64,000 nt of DNA from NCBI GenBank assembly GCA_043811535.1, contig JBDRNC010000020.1:8483-72482 (forward strand). The letters run 5' to 3'. The DNA comes from Elusimicrobiota bacterium (GTDB lineage Bacteria > Elusimicrobiota > Endomicrobiia > Endomicrobiales > JBDRNC01). The translations under genes and the position numbers were made by a program. A model generated the notes under the pieces. That model saw only the letters and a list, made by a program, of their open reading frames with translations, ran no database searches and was not told where the DNA came from. Of the stretch, positions 19,118 through 28,522 are shown in pieces. How positions within the stretch are numbered: position 1 is the first letter of the stretch; each line of letters opens with the position of its first letter.

Positions 19118-20473
19118 ATGTGCGGTGTGTTCGGAGTATTCAACCAGCCTGAGGCCGCGAAACTAGCTTACCTAGGCCTATACTCGCTGCAGCACAGGGG
19201 CCAGGAAAGCGCCGGAATAGCTTCTTCCAACGGTGAAAAAATACATTCAATAATCAAGATGGGGCAGGTTGCCGATGTCTTTGACCAACCCAGCCTGGAA
19301 TCGCTTAAAGGGAATGCCGCAATAGGCCATGTCAGGTACTCGACCACCGGCGTTAGCCAGTTGAAGAATGCCCAGCCGCTTGTCATTAACTATAAAAAAG
19401 GCCAGTTAGCGCTAGCGCACAACGGAAATCTCATAAACGCGGGACATTTGCGCGCGAAACTTGAATCAGATGGTTCAATTTTCCAGACAACCTCGGACAG
19501 CGAGGTCATACTGCATTTAATAGCGCGCGCGAACGGGCGCCCCATTGAAAAAGCCCTGGAATACGCCTTGTCTAAAGTAAGAGGCGCATATTCACTGGTG
19601 ATGATGTCAGAGACGCAGCTTATTGCGGCGCGCGACCCGTGGGGGGTCAGGCCGCTCGTGCTCGGAAAAATCAAGAAAGGCTGGGTGGTCGCTTCAGAAA
19701 CCTGCGCTCTTGACCTGATAGGAGCGGAATATATCCGCGAGATAGAACCCGGGGAAATGGTCGTAATAGACAAAAAAGGCGCCAGGCCGGTCAAATTCGC
19801 CGAAAAAAAACGCGACGCGGCGATGTGCATATTTGAATATATATATTTTTCGCGTCCTGACAGCATTATTTTCGGAAAGAGCGTGCACGCGGTAAGGCAG
19901 CAGCTGGGCAAGCACCTCGCGCTGGAAAGCATGCCGAAAATAAAAGACGCGGACCTGGTTTTTTCGGTTCCGGATTCCGCGAACAGCGCGGCTATCGGGT
20001 TCAGCAGGGCATCCGGCGTTCCGTTTGAGACCGGGCTCATAAGGAACCATTATGTAGGAAGGACCTTCATCGAGCCTAGCCAGCATATCAGAGATTTCGG
20101 CGCGAAAATAAAATATAATCCCGTGCGTGATATCCTAAAAGGCAAGGACGTGGTGGTGGTCGATGATTCAATTGTCAGGGGAACGACGAGTCGCAAACTG
20201 GTGAAGATGATCCGTTCGGCGGGAGTCAGGAAAATACACATGGTTGTCAGTTCGCCGCCGATAATAGCTTCGTGTTTTTACGGAATCGACACGCCCACTA
20301 AAAAGGAACTCATCGCATCCAACTACTCGGTGGAAGGGATAAGGAAGTTTATCGGCGCGGACACGCTGAATTACCTGAGCGTGGAGGGCATGATCGCCGC
20401 GACCGGAGCGGCGGGATTCAAGTTCTGCACGGCATGTTTTACGGATAAGTATAAAATAACAGACAAGTGCTAA
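19118..20473 (+). CDS. purF: amidophosphoribosyltransferase
   Basis: MCGVFG N-terminal nucleophile, PRTase motif [13 protein letters not shown] and C-terminal Cys residues. Confidence 0.95.
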   Translation: MCGVFGVFNQPEAAKLAYLGLYSLQHRGQESAGIASSNGEKIHSIIKMGQVADVFDQPSLESLKGNAAIGHVRYSTTGVSQLKNAQPLVINYKKGQLALAHNGNLINAGHLRAKLESDGSIFQTTSDSEVILHLIARANGRPIEKALEYALSKVRGAYSLVMMSETQLIAARDPWGVRPLVLGKIKKGWVVASETCALDLIGAEYIREIEPGEMVVIDKKGARPVKFAEKKRDAAMCIFEYIYFSRPDSIIFGKSVHAVRQQLGKHLALESMPKIKDADLVFSVPDSANSAAIGFSRASGVPFETGLIRNHYVGRTFIEPSQHIRDFGAKIKYNPVRDILKGKDVVVVDDSIVRGTTSRKLVKMIRSAGVRKIHMVVSSPPIIASCFYGIDTPTKKELIASNYSVEGIRKFIGADTLNYLSVEGMIAATGAAGFKFCTACFTDKYKITDKC

Positions 20474-20536
20474 ATGGCTTAATGGCTGAATTGCTGAAAG
20501 GCTTAAAGCCATTTAACCATTTAACAATTTAGCAAT
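20471..20536. repeat. octad-word hairpin, family B copy 1 (AATGGCT / AGCCATT arms)
   Basis: TAAATGGCTTAATGGCTGAATTGCTGAAAGGCTT-A-AAGCCATTTAACCATTTAACAATTTAGCAAT. It starts on the purF stop codon. Confidence 0.75.
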
Positions 20537-20554
20537 CAAGCAGGTAAAGTTATT

Positions 20555-21838
20555 ATGAAGATATTAGTAATCGGTTCTGGTGGTCGCGAGCACGCGCTTG
20601 TCTGGAAGATCAAGCAGAGCAAGCTTGTGAAAAAGATTTATTGCGCGCCCGGCAACGCGGGGATGGCGCGGGACGCCGAGTGCGTGGCTCTAAAAACGGA
20701 TGATTTCGGCGCGATAGCCGATTTTGTCAATAATAACGGAATAAAAATGACCGTAGTAGGGCCTGAAGCGCCGCTCGCTTCCGGGATAGTTGATTATTTC
20801 CGCGCGCAAAAACTGGAAGTATTCGGGCCTGATAAAAAGGCCGCGCAGTTCGAGGCCAGTAAAGTATTTGCCAAGGATTTTATGCGGAAATACGGCATTC
20901 CCACGGCCTTATACAAAAATTTCACTGATTTAAGCGTCGCGATGGATACAGTCAATAAGTGGCCCGCGGGGATGAAGATGGTCATCAAAGCGGACGGCCT
21001 TGCCGCGGGCAAGGGCGTGATAATCTGCGAAGACGGAAAAACGGCCGAAGACGCGCTCAGGCAGATAATGCAGGAAAAAGTATTCGGGAACGCCGGCTCA
21101 AGAGTCGTCATAGAGGAGTATCTTGAAGGGGAAGAAGCCTCAGTGCAGGTTTTTACGGACGGGAAAAGTTATTCGCTGATGATTCCCGCGCAGGACCACA
21201 AGCGGGTTAACGATAACGACGCAGGGCCTAACACAGGCGGCATGGGTGCCTATGCGCCTGCCCCCGTCGCGGACAAAAAACTCCTTGAAAAAGTTGAGCA
21301 AAGGATACTGAAACCTTTCATGAACGGCATCAAGCAGGAAGGAATAGATTACAAAGGTGTTCTTTACATTGGATTGATGATAAATAAGGGCGAGCCTTAC
21401 GTCCTTGAGTTTAACTGCAGGTTCGGCGATCCTGAAACCCAGGTGGTGCTCCCGCTTCTCAAGACTGATCTTGTTGAAATAATACGGAAAATCTGCTCAG
21501 GAGCATTAGACAAAATAAAAATAGAATGGTATAATAATACAGCTGTATGCGTTGTTTTAGCTTCCGGGGGCTACCCGGGCGAATACAAAAAAGGCTTGGA
21601 AATCAAAGGGTTAAGTGAAGCTGCGTCCTTGAAAAACGTAACGGTATTCCACGCGGGAACCTCGGCGTCGGAAACAAAGACCGTGACTTCCGGCGGCAGG
21701 GTGCTCGGGGTCACGGGAACTGGCGGCGGGATAAAGGAAGCCATAGCCAAAGCGTACGAAGCGGTGAATAAGGTCAGTTTTGACGGCATGCACTTCCGTC
21801 GCGACATCGGCAAAAAAGCGCTCAACAAATTGAGTTGA
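20555..21838 (+). CDS. purD: phosphoribosylamine-glycine ligase
   Basis: 427 aa with MKILVIGSGGREHAL and an ATP-grasp fold. Confidence 0.95.
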   Translation: MKILVIGSGGREHALVWKIKQSKLVKKIYCAPGNAGMARDAECVALKTDDFGAIADFVNNNGIKMTVVGPEAPLASGIVDYFRAQKLEVFGPDKKAAQFEASKVFAKDFMRKYGIPTALYKNFTDLSVAMDTVNKWPAGMKMVIKADGLAAGKGVIICEDGKTAEDALRQIMQEKVFGNAGSRVVIEEYLEGEEASVQVFTDGKSYSLMIPAQDHKRVNDNDAGPNTGGMGAYAPAPVADKKLLEKVEQRILKPFMNGIKQEGIDYKGVLYIGLMINKGEPYVLEFNCRFGDPETQVVLPLLKTDLVEIIRKICSGALDKIKIEWYNNTAVCVVLASGGYPGEYKKGLEIKGLSEAASLKNVTVFHAGTSASETKTVTSGGRVLGVTGTGGGIKEAIAKAYEAVNKVSFDGMHFRRDIGKKALNKLS

Positions 21839-21881
21839 TTTTCAACTGGCTCAGAGTACATATAAAGGTGGTAAGTGCAGG

Positions 21882-22418
21882 ATGGCTAAAAACAAGATGC
21901 AAGTCGCGATAATAACAGGTTCAGATTCGGATCTCCCCGTAATATCCTCTTCTGCAAAGATTTTGGAAGAATTCGGCATATCTTATAAGATCACAGTAGC
22001 ATCCGCGCACAGAACCCCGAAAAAAGTAAAGAATTACGTAAAAAGCTCCGAAAGAAACGGCGCGGAGGTTTTCATCGCCGCGGCAGGCATGGCCGCAGCG
22101 CTCCCCGGCGTTGTGGCTTCGGAAACGACATTGCCGGTTATCGGCGTGCCGCTTGAGAGCAAGGGTCTCGCAGGGATTGACGCGCTTTTCTCGATAGTTC
22201 AGATGCCGCCCGGCATACCTGTGGGCACTGTAGCGATAGGGAAAGCGGGCGCAACGAACGCCGGGATTTTCGCGGTGCAGATACTTGCGCTGAAATACCC
22301 GAAACTCAAGGCAAAACTGGCAATATACCGCAGGAATATGGCGAAAACAATAGAAAACAAGGACATCCGTCTTCAAAAAATGGGAATAAAGAGATATATA
22401 GAAAAACTGCAGAATTAA
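21882..22418 (+). CDS. purE: PurE (N5-CAIR mutase / AIR carboxylase family)
   Basis: GSDSDLPV and SAHRTP motifs. No purK is present in the window. Confidence 0.9.
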   Translation: MAKNKMQVAIITGSDSDLPVISSSAKILEEFGISYKITVASAHRTPKKVKNYVKSSERNGAEVFIAAAGMAAALPGVVASETTLPVIGVPLESKGLAGIDALFSIVQMPPGIPVGTVAIGKAGATNAGIFAVQILALKYPKLKAKLAIYRRNMAKTIENKDIRLQKMGIKRYIEKLQN

Positions 22419-22457
22419 TCTGTATAATCTATCAAAGGAATCTGTGTAATCTTCGTT

Positions 22458-23021
22458 ATGGAATATCAAGAAAAGAAAGACATCCTCAATAAAGAAGAGC
22501 TTGGTCAGACGATAAAGCGTCTTGCGCTGGAAATCGTGGAAAAGAATTTCGGTGTGAAGGATCTTGCCATCGTCGGAATACAGACCAGAGGCGTGACGCT
22601 GGCTAAAAGGATTCTGGACGAGATACTGGGTTCCGCAAAAAATGATGAAGAAAAAGATATTCCTTTCGGCACGCTCGGGATAACGCTTTACAGGGACGAT
22701 GTAAGCACAATGGAGGCCCCGCCCGAAGTCAAGGATACGGACATCTCGTTCGATCTCACGGGTAAAAAGATAATACTGATTGACGATGTCATATGCACGG
22801 GCAGGACGATACGCGCGGCGCTGGACGAACTCATGGATTACGGCAGGCCGCAGTCTATACAGCTGGCGGTCGTTGTGGACCGCGGGCACAGGGAACTCCC
22901 GATAGAGCCGAATTTCGTCGGGAAAAAATTCCAGACATCAAAGGAAGAACTCATAGAAGTCGAACTTGAAGAAGTAGACGGCAGGGAAAGAGTTGTATTG
23001 AAAGAAAAAAGAAGTTCTTAG
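22458..23021 (+). CDS. pyrR: bifunctional pyrimidine operon regulator / uracil phosphoribosyltransferase PyrR
   Basis: 187 aa with ITLYRDD, LIDDVICTGRT and VVDRGHRELPI. Confidence 0.9.
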   Translation: MEYQEKKDILNKEELGQTIKRLALEIVEKNFGVKDLAIVGIQTRGVTLAKRILDEILGSAKNDEEKDIPFGTLGITLYRDDVSTMEAPPEVKDTDISFDLTGKKIILIDDVICTGRTIRAALDELMDYGRPQSIQLAVVVDRGHRELPIEPNFVGKKFQTSKEELIEVELEEVDGRERVVLKEKRSS

Positions 23022-23052
23022 TTCGTAGTTCATAGTTCGTGGAAAACGAACT
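23019..23052. repeat. heptad array TAGTTCG ending in a small hairpin
   Basis: TAGTTCG TAGTTCA TAGTTCG TGG, followed by AGTTCGT-GGAAA-ACGAACT. Confidence 0.8.
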
Positions 23053-23070
23053 TAAAACAAAGGACTAATA

Positions 23071-24024
23071 ATGCAACTGCAAAGCAAGGACTTGCTCGGA
23101 ATTGAGTATCTTGACAAAAAAGAGATCGAGCTGATAGTGGACGCGGCCCGGCCTTTTAAAAATCTTTTCACGCGCTCCATTAAAAAAGTCCCGACTCTCC
23201 GCGGCAAGACCGTAGTTAACCTCTTTTACGAACCCTCTACACGAACAAGAACCTCATTTGAGATCGCAGCGAAACGCTTATCGGCTGATGTCGTCAGCAT
23301 AGCCACTTCATCTTCCAGCGTGGTCAAAGGCGAAAGTCTGATAGACACCGGAAAGACCATGGAAGCTATGAAGGCGGATTTCATAGTGATACGCCACAAC
23401 ATGGCGGGGGCTCCCGCGGTGCTGGCAAGGAACCTGCACGCCGCGGTCATAAACGCCGGCGACGGCTTTCACGAACACCCGACGCAGGGACTGCTTGACC
23501 TGTACACTATCAAGGATAAAAAGAAGAAGATTGCGGGATTGAAAGTGCTGCTTGTAGGAGATATCCTGCACAGCCGGGTGGCAAAATCAAATATCTGGGG
23601 GCTTATAAAACTCGGCGCGGAAGTAAGGGTTTCCGGGCCTCCGACGCTGATACCTCCCAAGGTTGAAAACCTCGGCGTGAAAGTCTACTACGACCTTGAC
23701 GAGGCGCTGAAAGGCGTGGACGTGGTCAATATCCTGCGCATACAGCTTGAGCGCCAGCAGGAAAACCTGTTCCCTTCCGTGCATGAATACATTGAACTTT
23801 ATCAGATGACAAAGAATCGGCTTGCGGCCGCCAAACCGGATGTGATGGTGATGCACCCGGGTCCCATGAACCGCGGAATAGAAATATCGTCGGAAGTGGC
23901 CGACAGCCCATCGGCCGTGATAAACGAGCAGGTTACGAACGGCATCGTGGTGAGGATGGCCGTGCTTTACCTGCTTTCGGGAAAAGCCAGCGGAAAAACA
24001 AAACAGATAACCAAGGAAATTTAA
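23071..24024 (+). CDS. pyrB: aspartate carbamoyltransferase catalytic subunit
   Basis: STRTR, HEHPTQ and HPGP motifs. Confidence 0.95.
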   Translation: MQLQSKDLLGIEYLDKKEIELIVDAARPFKNLFTRSIKKVPTLRGKTVVNLFYEPSTRTRTSFEIAAKRLSADVVSIATSSSSVVKGESLIDTGKTMEAMKADFIVIRHNMAGAPAVLARNLHAAVINAGDGFHEHPTQGLLDLYTIKDKKKKIAGLKVLLVGDILHSRVAKSNIWGLIKLGAEVRVSGPPTLIPPKVENLGVKVYYDLDEALKGVDVVNILRIQLERQQENLFPSVHEYIELYQMTKNRLAAAKPDVMVMHPGPMNRGIEISSEVADSPSAVINEQVTNGIVVRMAVLYLLSGKASGKTKQITKEI

Positions 24025-25323
24025 ATGCCGAAACTTCTGATCAAGAACGGACGTGTGATAGATCCCGCGTCAAAGATTGACGGGGTGATGGATGTCCTCA
24101 TCTCCGACGGGAAAGTGGTTGAGGTAAAACAAAAGATATCAGAGAACGACTGCAAGGTGATAGACGCGTCCAAAAAGGCGGTCGTGCCGGGAATGATAGA
24201 TGTGCACACCCATTTGCGCGAGCCGGGCCACGAAGAAGAAGAAACGATAGCGACCGGGACGCGCGCCGCGGCGAAAGGCGGCGTCACGAGCATACTTTGC
24301 ATGCCGAACACGCACCCTCCGCTGGACAACGCGCCGGCAGTGGAGTTCGTGCTGCTGAAAGCGCAGAAGGAAGGACTTGTAAACGTGTATCCTATAGGGT
24401 GCATAACCAAGAACTCAGACGGAGAAGAGCTCGCGGAGATAGGCGTGCTTAAAAAAGCGGGAGTGATCGCGATATCCGATGACGGAAATCCGGTGATGAA
24501 CGCGCAGGTCATGCGCAGGGCCCTGGAGTACACTAAAATGTTCAACCTGCCGGTAATATCACACTGCGAGGACCTGAACCTCTCGAAGAACGGGGTTATT
24601 CACGAGGGGCACATGTCAATGGTTTTGGGGCTGCGCGGGATACCCAGTCAGAGCGAAGAAGTCATGATAAGTCGGGATATTATGCTGGCGGATCTCACGG
24701 GAGGCCACCTGCATATAGCCCATGTATCAACGGCCGGAGCCGTTGACCTTATCAGGGAAGCGAAGAAAAAGAAAATAAACGTTACGGCGGAGACTTGTCC
24801 GCATTACTTCTCACTGACCGACGAGGCGGTGAAGGGCTATAACACAAACACAAAAATGAAGCCGCCCCTGAGAACCGAGGAAGACGTAAAGGCCATCAAG
24901 CAGGGGCTTGCCGACGGAACGATTGACTGTATAGCGACAGACCACGCGCCGCATACGATAGAGGAAAAGAACAAGGAATACGACCTGGCGCCGTTCGGGA
25001 TAATCGGGCTCGAAACTCTGCTCGGGCTTGTCATTACAGAACTTGTGGACAAGAAAGTCCTTCCGCTGGCCGAAGCGCTGGCCAAGATGACTGTCAATCC
25101 GGCCGGGATATTCGGCCTTTCAGGCAAGGGCGCGCTGAAGCCCGGGAATGACGCCGACATAACAATAATAGACTTGGATAAGGAATATAATATAAAAGAG
25201 AGCGAATTCATGTCGAAGAGCAAGAACTCGCCCTTCATCGGCTGGAAATTGAAAGGATTTGCCGAGATCACAATAGTCGGAGGTAAGGTGGTTTGGCCAT
25301 TAAACGAAAAAACCAAATCGTAA
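24025..25323 (+). CDS. pyrC: dihydroorotase
   Basis: 432 aa amidohydrolase with DVHTHLREPG and ATDHAPH. The start abuts the pyrB stop (TAAATG). Confidence 0.95.
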   Translation: MPKLLIKNGRVIDPASKIDGVMDVLISDGKVVEVKQKISENDCKVIDASKKAVVPGMIDVHTHLREPGHEEEETIATGTRAAAKGGVTSILCMPNTHPPLDNAPAVEFVLLKAQKEGLVNVYPIGCITKNSDGEELAEIGVLKKAGVIAISDDGNPVMNAQVMRRALEYTKMFNLPVISHCEDLNLSKNGVIHEGHMSMVLGLRGIPSQSEEVMISRDIMLADLTGGHLHIAHVSTAGAVDLIREAKKKKINVTAETCPHYFSLTDEAVKGYNTNTKMKPPLRTEEDVKAIKQGLADGTIDCIATDHAPHTIEEKNKEYDLAPFGIIGLETLLGLVITELVDKKVLPLAEALAKMTVNPAGIFGLSGKGALKPGNDADITIIDLDKEYNIKESEFMSKSKNSPFIGWKLKGFAEITIVGGKVVWPLNEKTKS

Positions 25324-26069
25324 GAATACGGGAAAACAAGGCAATCGCCCCGGGCTATTATAAGATTTCGTTGATCTCACCTTTCTTAGCCCGGGTTTCT
25401 TGTCCCGGGCAGTTCTGCCTGCTCAATGTTCCGGGAGTGTTTTTAAAGAGGCCGCTTAGCGTCTATTCCGCGGGCGGAGCAAAGGTTGCGTTTCTTTATA
25501 AGGTTGTCGGCCCCGGGACGGAAAACCTATCAAAACTGAAACCCGGCCGGGAGATCGAAGTACTCGGACCTCTCGGAACCGGCTACAATGTCAAAACGCT
25601 CAACGGGAAAAGGCCGGTTTTAGTAGCCGGCGGAACGGGGATCGCGTCGCTCAATTTTCTTGCCGAGAAACTTAAGGTAAAGGGTATTCTTTTCTGCGGG
25701 GCTAAAACGAAAAAAGAACTTGCAGGGCTTGAGAAATTCAGGAAATCAGGCTGGAAAATAGAGATAGCCACTGACGACGGGACGCAGGGATTCAAAGGGT
25801 TTGTTACCGGTCTTTTAAAGGCATACTTGTCAGCTCCCGAAAGGAGAAATGAGAAAGGTGAGATACTTTACTGCTGCGGGCCCCGAGGGATGCTTAAAGA
25901 GTGCAAAAGTATTGCGGAAAAGCATGAAATAGAAGCTTGCGCGTCTATGGAAGAGATGGTGGCGTGCGGGACGGGCAGCTGTCAGGGCTGCGTAGTAAAG
26001 ATAAAAGGGGAATATAAAAGAGTTTGCGCTGACGGCCCGGTTTTCAGGCTTCAAGATATTGAAGCCTGA
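25293..26069 (+). CDS. pyrK: dihydroorotate dehydrogenase B electron-transfer subunit
   Basis: FAD/NAD-binding fold plus a C-terminal 2Fe-2S Cys cluster (CGTGSCQGC...C). TTG start follows GGAGG and overlaps pyrC by 31 nt. Confidence 0.85.
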   Translation: MAIKRKNQIVRIRENKAIAPGYYKISLISPFLARVSCPGQFCLLNVPGVFLKRPLSVYSAGGAKVAFLYKVVGPGTENLSKLKPGREIEVLGPLGTGYNVKTLNGKRPVLVAGGTGIASLNFLAEKLKVKGILFCGAKTKKELAGLEKFRKSGWKIEIATDDGTQGFKGFVTGLLKAYLSAPERRNEKGEILYCCGPRGMLKECKSIAEKHEIEACASMEEMVACGTGSCQGCVVKIKGEYKRVCADGPVFRLQDIEA

Positions 26070-26144
26070 AATTGCAGATTTCAAATTGCAGATTACAAAT
26101 TAACTGCCTTCCAGTTTTTCAATCTGAAATCTGAAATTTGAAAT
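26069..26144 (-). mobile_element. MITE-like element, family A copy 3 (inverted orientation)
   Basis: The reverse complement reads ATTTCAAATTTCAGATTTCAG-ATTGAAAAACTGGAAGGCAGTTAAT-TTGTAATCTGCAATTTGAAATCTGCAATTT. Confidence 0.7.
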
Positions 26145-26162
26145 GAGACAAAAACAATTATA

Positions 26163-27068
26163 ATGAAAGTGAATCTCCATACGCAGATCGCAGGGATAAA
26201 CTTCAGTAATCCGGTTTTAGTCGCTTCGGGCACTTTCGGCTACGGCGACGAGACCGCGGACCTTGTTGACGTCTCTAAAATAGGCGGCATAATAACGAAG
26301 ACAGTCACGCTGGAGCCGAGACAGGGCAATCCGCCGCCGCGCATTGCTGAAGTTACCGGAGGGATGCTTAACGCGATAGGCCTGCAAAACGTCGGGCTGG
26401 AAAAATTCATAAGCGAAAAGCTCCCCGGCCTGCGAAAAATGAAGACAAAACTTATCGTGAGCGTTGCCGGCGAAACTGAAAGCGAGTATATTGAGATAAT
26501 AAAGCGATTGTCTTCCGAAAGCGGCATTGCCGCTTTTGAATTGAACCTTTCGTGCCCGAATTTACGAAAAAGAATCATATGCGCCGATAAAAAGCTTGTT
26601 GAAGATATACTGCGCGGCGTAAAAAACGCTTCAAAACTTCCGGTCATAGCGAAGTTGTCCCCGAACGTCGAAGATATAGCCGAAACCGCGCGCGCCGCCA
26701 AGATATCGGGCGCGGACGCGCTTACCGTAGCGAATACGTTCACCGGAATGGCGATAGACGTGAAAACGTGGAAACCGAAGCTAGCGAATATTACCGGCGG
26801 GATGTCCGGCCCGGCGATAAAACCGATGGCGCTCAGGTGCGTCTGGGAGGTTTGCCGCAACGTTGATATACCGGTGATAGCGTGCGGCGGGATAGCGACC
26901 GCGGAAGACGCCGTAGAGTTCATACTGGCCGGAGCCCGCGCTGTTACGGTAGGGACGGCAAATTTTGCAGACCCTCAGTCGCCTGTTAAAATAGCCGCGG
27001 GCATAGGCGAGTACCTGAAAAAAAGAAAGCTTGAATCTTTAAGTGATATTATAGGGATGATGCGATAA
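26163..27068 (+). CDS. pyrD: dihydroorotate dehydrogenase 1B catalytic subunit
   Basis: 301 aa with NLSCPN and GGI motifs, paired with pyrK. Confidence 0.95.
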   Translation: MKVNLHTQIAGINFSNPVLVASGTFGYGDETADLVDVSKIGGIITKTVTLEPRQGNPPPRIAEVTGGMLNAIGLQNVGLEKFISEKLPGLRKMKTKLIVSVAGETESEYIEIIKRLSSESGIAAFELNLSCPNLRKRIICADKKLVEDILRGVKNASKLPVIAKLSPNVEDIAETARAAKISGADALTVANTFTGMAIDVKTWKPKLANITGGMSGPAIKPMALRCVWEVCRNVDIPVIACGGIATAEDAVEFILAGARAVTVGTANFADPQSPVKIAAGIGEYLKKRKLESLSDIIGMMR

Positions 27069-27101
27069 CAATTAACAATTAGCAATTATCAATTAACAGT
27101 T
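27069..27101. repeat. heptad array CAATTAA/CAATTAG
   Basis: CAATTAA CAATTAG CAATTAT CAATTAA CAGTT. Confidence 0.8.
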
Positions 27102-27122
27102 GACGAATATAGCGAAGGAAAA

Positions 27123-27800
27123 ATGAAAAAATTAATCGTAGCGTTGGACATGCAGGATAAGAACAAGGCCCTGGCTATGGTGGACAAGATATCGCCGTGG
27201 GTTGACATGTTCAAGATAGGGCCGATACTTTTCCTTCAAAATGGGCCCGAACTCCTGCGCATGATAAAATTGAGGAGAAAGGAAGTATTTCTTGACCTGA
27301 AATTCTACGATATACCGGCTACTGTCAAACGGGCCGTTGAATCAGCGTGCGAAATGGGAGTGTATTCACTGACGCTTCACTCATCGGGCGGGGAAGAGAT
27401 GCTGAAAGCGGCCGCGCAAGTCAGCCAGAGGCCGAAACTATGGGCAGTCACGATACTAACAAGCCAGCATGCCAGCGTGGAAGATGTCGTTGAACGGGCG
27501 AAACTGGCAAAATCCTGCGGCCTTGACGGCGTGATAGCTTCGCCGCTTGAGATAAAGGCGATTAAAGAGGCGTGCGGAGCAGACTTTACCGTTGTAACTC
27601 CCGGCATTCGCACTGACGGGGCGAAAGATGATCAGAAGAGAACGGCAACTCCTGTTGAAGCCGTAACTGCGGGAGCGGATTTTATCGTGGTAGGCAGGCC
27701 GGTGATAGAGGCGAAGGACCCGATAGCCGCCGCGAGAAAAATATTGGAAGAAATAGAAGTGAAACAAGAAGGAAGAAGGAAGATAGAAGAAGGAAGATAG
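27123..27800 (+). CDS. pyrF: orotidine 5'-phosphate decarboxylase
   Basis: ALDM...DLKFYDIP...GRP motifs. The C-terminal tail EVKQEGRRKIEEGR is encoded by a GGAAGAN repeat. Confidence 0.9.
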   Translation: MKKLIVALDMQDKNKALAMVDKISPWVDMFKIGPILFLQNGPELLRMIKLRRKEVFLDLKFYDIPATVKRAVESACEMGVYSLTLHSSGGEEMLKAAAQVSQRPKLWAVTILTSQHASVEDVVERAKLAKSCGLDGVIASPLEIKAIKEACGADFTVVTPGIRTDGAKDDQKRTATPVEAVTAGADFIVVGRPVIEAKDPIAAARKILEEIEVKQEGRRKIEEGR

Positions 27801-27835
27801 GTTTACTTCAATCTTCCGTCTTCCATCTTCGGTCC
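27768..27835. repeat. GGAAGAN heptad array plus its imperfect complement (hairpin across the pyrF stop)
   Basis: GAAGAAGGAAGA (left arm) pairs with TCTTCCGTCTTC (right arm) at 11/12 positions. The stop codon TAG lies at the top of the stem. Confidence 0.75.
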
Positions 27836-27858
27836 GTGATACAAAGAAAGGCGAAAAA

Positions 27859-28434
27859 GTGAAACCCGAACAGATAAAACAGTTGTTTGAACAGCATAAA
27901 GCCTTGTTAAGCGGGCACTTCTTATTATCCAGCGGGCTGCATTCCGACACCTATTTCCAGTCGGCGCTGATACTCCAGCATCCTAACGAGGCGGAAAAGC
28001 TCGCTTCTGCGCTTGCCGGTAAGATATTAAAAGATATCCCCGAAATTGACGTCGTGGTTTCTCCAGCTATGGGCGGCATAATCATCGGTCAGGAAGTAGC
28101 GGCTCAGATAGGCTGCCGGGCGATATTTACGGAGCGGGTTGAAAACAAGATGACGTTTCGCAGAGGATTTCAGATAGAAAAGGATGAAAAATGCCTGGTA
28201 GTGGAGGATGTCGTAACTACCGGTCTGTCCACGCGCGAAGTTGTAGAGGTAATAAAAACGCTTGGCGGCAGTGTTGTCGCTGTCGCGTCGCTTGTGGACA
28301 GGAGCGGAGGCAAGGCCGATCTGGGCGCTCCGCTGTTTTCGCTGCTCGCCCTGGAAGTCAAAAGCTATAAGGCAGAAGAATGTCCGATGTGCAAAGAGGG
28401 AAGCCAGCCAATAAAACCCGGAAGCAGAAAATAA
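27859..28434 (+). CDS. pyrE: orotate phosphoribosyltransferase
   Basis: 191 aa with PRTase motif LVVEDVVTTGLS and a GTG start. Confidence 0.9.
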   Translation: MKPEQIKQLFEQHKALLSGHFLLSSGLHSDTYFQSALILQHPNEAEKLASALAGKILKDIPEIDVVVSPAMGGIIIGQEVAAQIGCRAIFTERVENKMTFRRGFQIEKDEKCLVVEDVVTTGLSTREVVEVIKTLGGSVVAVASLVDRSGGKADLGAPLFSLLALEVKSYKAEECPMCKEGSQPIKPGSRK

Positions 28435-28508
28435 TTGCTAAATTGCCAAATTGCTAAATGGCTGAAAAGCTTTTAACCATTTAGCCATAAAGCCATTTAA
28501 CCATTAAC
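28433..28508. repeat. octad-word hairpin, family B copy 2
   Basis: AATTGCTAAATTGCCAAATTGCTAAATGGCTGAAAAGC-TTTTAACCATTTAGCCATAAAGCCATTTAACCATTAAC. Confidence 0.75.
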
Positions 28509-28522
28509 ATGAAAGGAATTCT

